From assembly GCA_037447605.1 (NCBI GenBank), contig CM074813.1, positions 1-64,000 on the forward strand: DNA of 64,000 nucleotides, in the 5' to 3' direction. The notes below the pieces were generated by a model. The model was not told the DNA's origin, made no database searches, and worked only from the letters and a program-made list of their open reading frames with translations. This DNA comes from Zygnema circumcarinatum SAG 698-1b. Taxonomy: Eukaryota; Plantae; Zygnematophyceae. Positions within the stretch are counted from its first letter, which is position 1; each line of letters starts with the position of its first letter. This document shows positions 21,892 to 32,375 of this stretch, piece by piece. The translations under genes were made by a program, and so were the position numbers.

Positions 21892-22677
21892 GGGGGAGTC
21901 AGACCTTGACCATCGCCCGCGGAGTTGAAAGATTCCGCCGGCGGAAAAGTATTGATTTCTGATTGCACCTGGATTGAAACCGTGGCTCGGGCCGAACCTC
22001 GCTCTGGCCCCTGTCCGCATTGAAATACAGACTTCTGGCTGCCATGGTTTCGCAAATATTGGGCGAAAATATTAGTAGCGAAAAATATAAGGGTGTCCGT
22101 GTTAACAATAGCGGGCGTATTATTAGGTTAGAGTTACCGCTTGTCCGTGGTACGTATATTATCGCATCGCATCGCATCGGCCAATGTAAGAAGAGGGAGT
22201 AGTGGAACGGCTTCTTACGCGCTCGTAAGTGGGAAGAGTCTTGAGCCCGTGAACGCTAAAATGTGCCTAGCAATGGCTCGTAGGGTTAATACAGTACGGC
22301 CAATACGGCTAGTACGGTTCGTAAGGCTAGTACAGTACGACTAGTACGGTCAGTACGGCTAGCACGGCTAACACAGCCTTACCGTACAAAAAAGTGGTTT
22401 TGGCAAAATCAAGGCGAAAATATTGGGTAGCGAAAATAAGAGGGGCGAAAATATTGGGGGGGTCTACTGTAGGTTACAAAAATGAGATACAGGCTCGGCA
22501 CCCGAGCCTGTCGAACGTCCACTTTTGGCGAAAAAGGCCTGCCGTACAACGCGGAATTGGCCCGACGGGCTCGCGGAATTGGCCCGACGGGCTCGCGGAA
22601 TTGGCCCGACGGGCTCGCGGAATTGGCCCGACGGGCTCGCGAAATTGGTTTGGCGATGGTCAAGGTCTGACTCCCCC
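21892..22677. mobile_element. MITE family 1, copy c (786 bp), containing an X-like MITE at about 22028-22468
   Basis: TA|GGGGGAGTCAGACCTTGACCATCGCC ... GGCGATGGTCAAGGTCTGACTCCCCC|TA, a 26-bp perfect TIR. Confidence 0.8.
22551..22638 (+). repeat. Tandem repeat, 4 x 22 bp (GCGGAATTGGCCCGACGGGCTC)
   Basis: Four perfect head-to-tail units with no spacers. Confidence 0.95.
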
Positions 22678-23025
22678 TATTATGTTGGAGTGCCGCCTGT
22701 GGCCGTACTGTTTCTCTGTACGGAGGCACATGGCCGCCCGCCCTCCTATTGGTGCCGTACATTTAACTGCACGAGCTCCTATTGGTACCGTACATATAAC
22801 GTACGATTTTGAGATTTTATCCATACTTACCGTACAGAAAAATAGCGTGACCCGTGTTCAAAATCCGTTTCGATTAACAGATTTAGTATTGCAAAAAGAA
22901 GTCAGGTTAGGTTAACACCCCTAATACATTCACACTGACTAAGTGCGGAGAAAAGTGGTTTTGAATCAGGGCGAATTGCATGGGTAACGGAAGTACTCGG
23001 GTGGAAAAGATTAGGGGGGCGACTG
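22678..23025. mobile_element. MITE X copy 2 (partial), carrying the empty target site
   Basis: Reverse complement of 313-586 plus 21713-21785. Ends GGGGGGCGACTG|TA. Confidence 0.7.
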
Positions 23026-23119
23026 TAGTTTCATACTGGAAGTTCGTACGGTACCGCGCGATAATATGGATTGCGACAAGACAGGACACAGACAGACCCG
23101 AGGGACGGGCGGACAGGCG

Positions 23120-23120
<1 letters not shown>

Positions 23121-23150
<30 letters not shown>
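23121..23150 (+). repeat. (TCTG)n microsatellite
   Basis: About 7.5 units. Confidence 0.9.
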
Positions 23151-23435
23151 GCCGCGCCGGCGCGCAGATGAACGAGGGAGGGACTCCAGTAACGAGGCAG
23201 AGCGGCCGTCAACTTTTGGGCTCATCTTTCCGCTTGCAGCTGCGCCTTGGATGGTTTGCGCGCGGCACTGCGGGCCTCGGGTGGGCAGGCTGTCCATTCA
23301 TTCGGCAGATGTGCGGGCAAAATGCCGACACGAGCAACGTACGTAACAAAATTTCCCACGGCGAACCGTTGGTGCTGCAGCCAGCCGTGTGTGATGTCAG
23401 CGAACCTGCCGGCACGCCAACCTGGTTCGGCCACG

Positions 23436-23692
23436 CGCGTGCCAGCATGTGAAACAACTCACGAGGCTTGCCTCCCGACTGAGATGTTCATTTTTTATTT
23501 TATTTTGTGAAATTGACATCACCAAGACCGCGCTGCCGGGGACAGCCGCGCTTGTCGTCCCGCCAGCATGCGTTCTGCCGTGTTCTCGCGCGTGCTGGAA
23601 ATGGCGACGCAAGAAAGTCGCAAGGACCGGAGCCGACCGGTTAACTGCTAACGTCAGCACGCTCAAAGACCTGGACGTGACCTCGCGCAGTG
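23436..23692. repeat. Dispersed repeat Z, copy 1
   Basis: Homologous to 50966-51257; shared core ACGTCAGCACGCTCA.AG..CTGGACGTGACCTCGCGCAGTG. Confidence 0.75.
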
Positions 23693-23964
23693 CCTGTATC
23701 GTGTATCGTGCCAGGAGGGACTGACTGCGCGGTGCAGCGCCGACCCCGTGAGTGAGTTGCCGCCAACATCGACACAAATAGTAACTGGAATGCGCTCCTC
23801 AAGCAAACAGGTTTCACATGCACGCACCCTCCCCTCGTGTCGACGTCCTGCCTGCGTGGCGCATTCTAACAGCACTGAACATTTGCCGCCATGGCTGCGA
23901 ACATGCGCGCTGCCTGCAGATGTGCGCCGACTCTCCCGCCAGTCCCCCCCCAGCGTCGACTCAG

Positions 23965-26112
23965 TCACGGCCACGGCGCGCCCGCCATGACGGCCTCCAC
24001 GTCAGCAGTCTCGCGCGGGCACCGCGTCATGTTCTCCGCTCCTCCGGCCGTCACGATCTGCAGGCAGCGCCACGTGGCAGTCGGTACGCTGATCAGCCCT
24101 TCACTGCCCTTCATTGGGAAGGAAGGACATAGAGAGACGATGCAGTCTTCACACAGGGAAAGGCAGCACACCACTCACCACGTCGTCTTCGAGCCGGACT
24201 CCCCCGCTGCCACGAAAGCGCTGCAGCACATCCTTTACAAAGAACCTCTCTGTGTGCGGATCGTCCAATGCCTTGTCCAGAAGAGGGTCGATGAAATAGC
24301 ATCCGGGTTCCACAGTGATCACCTGCTCCACCCTCCACACGGCCCGATTAGCTGCCATGCTGAGCTAAAGCTTGAATCAGCATGGCGTGACTGCGCGAGT
24401 ACATCCGCCACCCTGCACGCTGCGCCTTGCAAGGAGAGGCTGACCATCCCCTCCTCGAGCGTTCGAGTCGTGCGGAGACTCTTGAGACCTGGCGATGCCA
24501 AGCGCTGCGCTCCCTGCAGAGTCAAGGATGGAGCCACAGCCCAATGCAGGTGAGCGAGGCGGCCATGCAGAGGCATGCATGCGCATGCGCATCACGCACA
24601 TCGCGAGACCATGGGCAGAATGAGCACTTTGTACCAGCATTGAGCTCCGGCTTCTCTCTCTCTCTTTCTTCCTCAGACTCTCAGAGCAGCCTAAGTCAGG
24701 GTAATCACAGATGATTCGCTATGGTTCGCCCCTTCACGACATGCTACACGACATGGTGACCGACATGCCACGCCATGCCATGTCACATTGTTGGGAAAGC
24801 CCCCTTGGGAGGGTGGGAGGGAGAGGAGGGGGGGGGGGGTGTTTAGTTGCCTTGGGGTATCCTCCGACGTCGTGCACGTCGAGGCCCAGAAAGTGCCCCA
24901 AGCCATGCGGCATGAACACGGCGCCTAGGCGCGCACCCATCATCTCCTCCGCATCGCTGCACCGCAACAAGATTCGGACAGTGTTGTCACGCAGTTGTGA
25001 CGTGAGACCCATAGTTGGGGGGCCAACTGAGGGGCATGGAAAGATGTGTCGGGTCACAGCCGGCAGAGAATGTGTTGGAAGGATTTTACGGCTTAAATTA
25101 TGACTGGCCCTCTGAAGCTCACATGGCTGTCATACACCTAAATCATCGAAGTTTCCATTTCAATGGAGTGAAGGCAAGCTCACCCTTGAAGTACTCCCCC
25201 CTCCTTGAGATGCTCTAAAATGGTTCGTTCAGCCAGCCTGCGTCCCCACCCCCGTGACCAAAACAGTTAGCTTATTGGTGGACTCCATTTCGGGCAACAC
25301 ATCTCCGCTCCGCAAAGCATTCAGCTGGAAAACCACTTGTTGGCCACGCTGGAGGAGGGAGTGGAAGCGAGGTATCCTCACATGTGCATCTCCACCCAGC
25401 TCACGCCCGGCCGCATGTGTGAAATGACCGCCTTCTGAGCTTCAAGCACGGCCTGCCACATGTCAAGCGCTCAGAGGAAAGCTCAGCCCGGTCCCAGGAC
25501 CGGGGTTGGCTTGCTTCGTGAGAGAGAAGGTACGACCTTCGAAGATTTGCTTTTAATAAACAGAAGTGACAGTCTCAGGTGAAGGGCAGGAGGGTCTCCT
25601 TCCCGTAAAGCTTTTCTTATCTTTTCTCTACTTTTTGCAAAAGCGTCAAGAAAAAGCAGCATTACCCCATACACTAACTTTTGATCTTCCGTAAACTTCC
25701 CATTGACCTGCACACAGATCATCCGTGAAACGCCATAATGTCCCGTTAAAAATAGAAAGCGAGGCAGACACAAGTTGACGAAAATAACATTCCAGAAACA
25801 AAGATAGAAACTTCAGGCATGGAAAGAGTGGCAGAGCGGGTACGGGAAACGAGCAGGTGATGTCCGAGCCGTAGCAGTTGTACTCCGCGCCCATGTCGAG
25901 CAGCGCCATGTCGCCCTCCTCCACCAGCTGAAGGCGCAAACTCAACAGCCTCAAAAAAACTTTGCTTCTTTTGGAAAACATAAACACTTGAACAGGGAAG
26001 GAGAAAAGAGAGGACAAGAAGAAGAGAGAGGCATAAGATAGGAGCGGTGGGAAGAAGCACAGCGAAGATAAAAGGAGACAACGGGTGGGCGTGAAGGGGT
26101 GGAGAGTGAGAA

Positions 26113-26146
<34 letters not shown>

Positions 26147-29038
26147 TCAAAAACAAAAACAAGTGACTGGGAACCCGTTTCTCGTTTCCTGATTGTAGAT
26201 TTAGTATTCTTGATTCACCGCCGTCAGGAGAGGCAGAGCACACCTTATCGTTGGGTGCTGCTGCGTGGCCGTAGTGCAGAACGGAACTGGCCACCCAAAA
26301 TAACTGCGCCCCTATTGTCCTCAGAATGCCAAAAAAAAGAGGGATAAACAAGGGCTGTCAAAGTTGTGACTTATCCTTCTATACAAGCCAAGATTGAGAC
26401 ATATCCCCTCAGAAACAGTCCATCCTGCATGGGGCCCACCTGTTCTCCCCCGTGGCGCATATGCACGTGTAGCACGCGTGCCGGCAGCCCCCCTCCGCGT
26501 AGCATTCGTGCAGGAAGCGCGCCTCCAGGCGGTACTCCATCACGCCCGCCCGGGCCATGCGCATCACCTGCACACTCCCAACGAAAAAGGATGAAGGATG
26601 AAGGATGAAGGATGAAGGATGAAGGATGAAGGATGAAGGATGAAGGATGAAGGATGAAGGATGAAGGATGAAGGATGAAGGATGAAGGATGAAGGATGAA
26701 GGATGAAGGATGAAGGATGAAGGATGAAGGATGAAGGATGAAGGATGAAGGATGAAGGATGAAGGATGAAGGATGAAGGATGAAGGATGAAGGATGAAGG
26801 ATGAAGGATGAAGGATGAAGGATGAAGGATGAAGGATGAAGGATGAAGGATGAAGGATGAAGGATGAAGGATGAAGGATGAAGGATGAAGGATGAAGGAT
26901 GAAGGATGAAGGATGAAGGATGAAGGATGAAGGATGAAGGATGAAGGATGAAGGATGAAGGATGAAGGATGAAGGATGAAGGATGAAGGATGAAGGATGA
27001 AGGGTCAAAGGAGAGCAACGCACATTCTCGGCGCTGTCTATTCTTCAGCAAGCATAGCAACAGCCCGTTTGAAGACTCTAATAAGCACAATACTCTACTC
27101 AGTGAGCAGTCGCAATGCACGAGGAGGACGAGTAAGTCGCATGGAGCGAGGGGAAGGAGAAGGCGGGCTGCCTGTTTGCAGTCTGCCCACCTGGACATGC
27201 GCAGCGGAGCTGATTCGGTTGACATAGCGCAGCACATCGAGCTCCATGGCGCTCTTTATCACTCGGCATTCGCTCAGCACTGAGTGTACTACGTCTGTAT
27301 TCACACAAAACTCTTCAATTCCCTGCGCAGAATAAGACCACAGTGCCAACATTTACGTTAAGGCTAGGAGAACGAGAAGCTCCACAGAATCAACGGCTTC
27401 TTTGCGTGTCAGATTCAGGCAACAGCGACAACAGATTCAAAAATTTCATGGTGTTCAATGTGCCCGCTTGGTGGGTAAAAGTATGATTTGTTTCCTCAAA
27501 ACCCTGACCTTAAAATGTGCTGGAACAGTCGTAAGGCCGCTGTCTGAGTTTTTTCCCTCCAACAAGTAAAGCATGGAAGGGGACCCGGAGTTTTCTGCAT
27601 TGGTTTCGGACAACATTTGTTGCAATTCATCCACATAATGGACTTCATCGACCTCGTATTTCACCTTCACGCTCCGCCACAAAAAGAGAGAACGTTTTTG
27701 AATGAAAGGAAAACTGTGACTACTTTATTGCCCTGTCAAACGCCTGGGATGAATGCCACATCATTTCTCTCTTACCATCGAAGAAACAAGCGAACATAAA
27801 CAAGTGTCACAGAAATCCTATTTACTCCACGGAATATCAAGTCCACACCTTGAAAAAACTTGGATCTCGAATTTTTCCTAGCCAAACAGCATATGACTCC
27901 GGTAGGCGAGGAATGAAAAGAGTACTCCGCCCGGTGGCGATATCCTGAAAGATCCCCGAAAAAGCTGTCAGCGTCTCGGGTCACAGATCTGATCATTTGT
28001 ATGCACTCTATGCATGCATCGAAACAAACAAACAAACATTCGATGAGCAATGTAGTAGTGACGAATTAACTTGACATAACAGGCTGTCACAAGCCATATC
28101 AAACGTTACACAATGCGGTCAAATCATTGCCTCATGCATGGTCGGATGGTCGAATTTGGACTCACAATGGCTCCATAAAAGTCGGGTTCGATCACTCCGA
28201 AAAGATATGAAAAAAAACTTTCTTGTCGAAAAAGCTCTTCGCGGTCTGTATCATACCGATTCATGGTTTTTCCACCCTGCCGAGTAGAAGAAAGAAAAGA
28301 AAAAAATGGTTCATCGTCAAGGAGTGGGGTAGCTACAAGAGTGAGAGAGAGAGAGGGAGAGAGAGAGAGAGAGAGAGAGAGTTATAACGACGAAACACAC
28401 ATTCTCCTCATGCAGTTCCCACCGACCGAGAAAGTGGGCTCGCCAACATACTGCCTCGTCAGGCCAGGGACAATTTTGGACATACATGATGGGTGAGCGT
28501 TCCGATTCGCAAACGATTAAACGCAATTTGAATCGCACCTATTCCTAATCGATGAAATTATTTAAACAAGAACGCACTGCCCAATGACATGCCATAAAAA
28601 GTTCTAGGAAGAAACCAGACACCTAAAACAAACGCATTAACGCACAAATGCGAGATGATTTCTTCGAATGATACTCGCCGTGCTCAGCATAGTGCCCGCT
28701 CGGTCCCCAGACGCAGATTCCATGCACCCATGAGAACCGCCTAAAGTTGGCAACATCGCGTCTCTTAGCTTTGGAGGGTGTGCACAACCTTCGCCTACAC
28801 GGTCAGGCCGCTGGGAGCACCTCTCCCGGCCTTGACAGCTCTAAAAGCGGAGAGGAGGCACCTGCAGCAGCACGACTCCTCCCGGGCCGACCTCGTCCCT
28901 CATTTTACGCACGAACTTGGCGCGGCTCTGCGCGTACATGGCCATGGGGATCTTGTACGTGCCGTGCCCCATCCAGAAGAAGCCGTCCGGGTCGTCCATG
29001 CCAGGGCCGCCATGGCCTCCGAGGGCCTCCGCAGCCAT
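23965..29038 (-). CDS. PEPD: Xaa-Pro dipeptidase (prolidase), 15 exons, about 501 aa
   Basis: Exons: 29038-28862, 28276-28166, 27944-27849, 27664-27509, 27322-27191, 26567-26440, 26286-26244, 25927-25844, 25707-25666, 25452-25382, 25237-25184, 24956-24851, 24513-24445, 24322-24179, 24057-23965. Phases are consistent. M24B motifs: [51 protein letters not shown]. Confidence 0.95.
26589..27001 (+). repeat. Heptanucleotide satellite (GGATGAA)59 in PEPD intron 5
   Basis: 413 nt of perfect units. Confidence 0.95.
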
Positions 29039-29829
29039 GGGAAGGGAGGGGCCGAGGAGCGGGCGGGGCCGAGGAGCGGGCGGGGCCTCGGCAGGGAGGG
29101 AGGCAGCGTGGAGGGCGCGCCTAAAGTCAGGACCGGACGCGCGCCTGACTATATCGCGGGGACCCATGACTTTACCGCGGGACAAACACGCCGTGGTCGG
29201 TCGATGCATCCATGTCAGCTGCCACGCGGCGCCTTCTCATTGGCAAGCCCTGTCGTCTCGCAACATTATTGCCATGGAGAGGAGAAGTAACTTCGGCAGC
29301 AGCAACAACAACATGGAGCGGCAGCAGACCATGGGGAGCAGCCAGCCGCATGCGCACGAAGCGACAGTGTGTTTCGCGGAATCCGTGCATTCAAGGACGC
29401 ACTCGACATTGTTGCAGCAACAAACGCGACCACACTTCAGCTGGAACATGGACCTTATTAATATCACACAATTGTGTCACAGACAAAGACTTAATCGCGG
29501 TGTTCCGTCAAATCATAGAACAACCCGCAAGGGTCCACTACGAGCTAGTGAAGGTCCACAGGTCTGTGTCGGACTGTCTTTATTTATGCCGGACACGTTA
29601 TGGCAGCGGCCACTCTTCCTTCGCCGCCGTGATGCCCTCGTGGATGTACAATCTCTTCAAACCAGTGGACCTCTCTAGGAGGAAGAAACTAAGAGACAGC
29701 ATATTGAATGCTTGGGGTGTCACTAAACGAAACTGAATGTACAACTCGATAACTTATAGTATTTGTCGACCTCCTCAAAGGACAAACGCAAAGACAGCAG
29801 GAACCTGACGAAAGAAATCGGGCTTCTAC

Positions 29830-31353
29830 TCAATCTCTAAAGGCATAGGGGTTTGTCGGGCTGGTGCAAGTGCTATTCACAAGCTGAAGAGTGGTCGAAT
29901 TGAGCCCCACTATGCAGCCGTACTGCTTCTTAAAGTCAGACTGGAAAATTTTCCAGATGACGTTCACGTGTGAATTAAAGGTCGCCACAAACCGCAGCGG
30001 GATGTAGGACGAGTCCCACGCCTGCTGGAAGCCCGGCCCAGCGCCGTACAGCGGATAATTTACGCCCACCGTGTTTGCTGAAATGGTCGTAGATCCTTCG
30101 CTAGACTGCTCAAATGGCTGAGTCTGCACATACAAGAACTAGTAACAAGATCAGCGAAAAGGAGTAAAATTCTAATTTGTCCATCAAGAATGGAGCATCC
30201 GCTGTTTCTCAGAGTGCAAATGAGAAACATTACGAAAAGGATTTAAAGGAGACCTACCACTCCAAGCAGAACGTCATTGAGACTGCTGTAACCGAATTGC
30301 AGCACACTCGCTTCATGGTGAACCTTGAAATGGTCATTAGGGTTAGTCGCTCTGTATATGACTGTGATGTTGCCATAGACTGTGTACGTGCTGACGCCGT
30401 GCGCATCGAAGCTGCTCGGCACCAAATCGAATCTATTCACAAAGACGTTCTGCACACACAGCAGTTACGGCTCTCATCAACATTTCCATCGCTCTCTTCA
30501 AAAGCGAACAGTGACAGCCTGAACGCAAGTAGCATATGCTAGGTTCCATTAACTTCGACAAAAACAAACTATTGTAATTGCTTCCCAGACCTCCCTGTCG
30601 TTTAAGAAACATAACCAGCTTTCACCGAACTCGAACGATTACCGAGGAAACATACTATAATCATATTATATATATATATATATTATATATATATTATAAT
30701 CTGTTTGAATCAAGCAGAGGAATACTTACGAGAAGCTTGTATTTGGGTGCAACTGGTTCGTAGATGGACCAAAGGACCAGGGCCGCAATTCCAGCTATCC
30801 CCAGAAGAAAGAAAATGACCAGCCAGATCGTGCAGGTGCACTGCTTCTCCCACCGCTGCTGATCCCTCTCGAGATCCGGAAACTCCTCCTCCTCCTCCTC
30901 CTCGATCTTTCCAATCAGCGGCTTCCCCGCACGCCCCGGCCTCAGCTTGCTCAGTGGATTCAGGCGCACGCTGCGCTGACTCTCGGCCTCACCTCCGACG
31001 TACGGAGTAGGCGCACCTGCGGAGGGCGGATAGCGACTTGGAGAAGAAGGAGCAGAGGAGTAGGGCGACTGCAGGCCTATGTCAGAGGCTGCAGGTGTGT
31101 GCACGTAGTAGGGAGGCGCGTGATAGGGGGAGCCTCCCGCCGCCTCTGAGAAGGGCGTCTCCACGGTGTAGCCGGGATGCTCAAAGGGCGGAATGGAGTA
31201 GTGCGACGCGCTGTCGTCAGAGGTGTCGGAGGAGTCGACGCTGCTGCGTCCAAATGGGCCCTTTCTGGCCCATATAGGAGCGCGGTTGCTGGGCGCAGGT
31301 CCACCATAGAGGGGGTTGCTGCGGGGTCCCTGCGTCCCCTTGGCCTCAGCCAT
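29830..31353 (-). CDS. LEA_2/NHL-like type II membrane protein, 3 exons, about 369 aa
   Basis: Exons 31353-30730, 30449-30258, 30123-29830, all phase 0. Pro/Ser-rich N-terminus with PYYVHTP, IEEEEE, one TM helix (IWLVIFFLLGIAGIAALVLWSIYEP), then a beta-rich domain with YPLYGAG. Confidence 0.8.
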
Positions 31354-32375
31354 GGCCTCCTTGGCGCTCCTTCCGGATGTCTTCTTTCTCGCTTCCCTAC
31401 CGTTCGCGGTAAAGTTTCTGCTCGAAGGATTTGAAGGCGGAAGAGGTAGAGAGAGGGCAGGGAGGGAGGAAGGGAAGGACAGAGAGTGAGGGAGGGAGGG
31501 AGGGAGGGAGAGTGCGGCGATGCAGGGAGGGAGGGCGGAGGGAGTTTGAACGCGGGCGCGCGATTGGCGGCCAACGGCTTTCACGCGCACTCGGTCGGCT
31601 CAACAGTCAATCGCGTCACGTCACGTCATGTCATGTCACGTCACACCCAGGGACGGCGGGCGGCGGGGGCCTGGTCGCCGTTGACCGCGGAAGGACCGCC
31701 GTGTCGGCGAATGGGAGGTTGCCACGTCGGAATTCTCGCAGGTGTTGGCCGCAGACGTGGCGGTGATGGGACGAGGCGAGGGCGGCGCTGGCGGGACGCG
31801 GTCGGACCAATTCCTTGGGGGCCAACCGTTGGCCATGGTCGCAAGCAACGCTTGGCAGACTTGCAAATGGTGGGTCGTCCACGGGTTGTCCATGCGCTTT
31901 CTCGTGCAGCGCTGCAAGGGACGACGCGGGGCGAGCGCCCGGAAGGATGGAAGGAAGGCAGGAAGAAACAGTGAGCGCAGAGCCCTCCCTCGGGGCCTTC
32001 TCCCCTCCGCGCTGCTTAATCGCACGGCATCGCACGGCAGCACAACGCTCTGGCAAAATTTTGGAACTTCTATTTTTTACAAAAAAATACAAGCTAACTG
32101 CTCCCCGTCAGAGCAGCGACAAAAAAAAAAACAAAGAATGCCCCAATACAAAACTAAGAAACACAACCATACTATCCTGAACGGTGATTATTTTCCCTCC
32201 CAGCCGATGGTCCTTTTCCGCAGGATCTCAAACTCAGTTTTATCCCGGTGCTGTCGCTATCACCCCTTGCTCCAATCACCATTCAATGACAAACATGATC
32301 AACGTGTGCATGTGTTTGTTCAGACATTCCCAGCACACGCCATACGTCCGCAACAGCGGGGCATCATCGAGAGGG

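Noticed and set aside
22551-22638. CRISPR-like array
   Set aside because: Head-to-tail units without spacers, in a eukaryotic context.
26589-27001. Telomeric repeat
   Set aside because: GGATGAA does not match TTTAGGG-type repeats and lies inside an intron.
26371-27237. ORFs with (SFILHP)n repeats
   Set aside because: Translation artefact of the intronic 7-bp satellite.
28917-29678. 253-aa plus-strand ORF
   Set aside because: Overlaps PEPD exon 1 and promoter antisense; low complexity with no domain.
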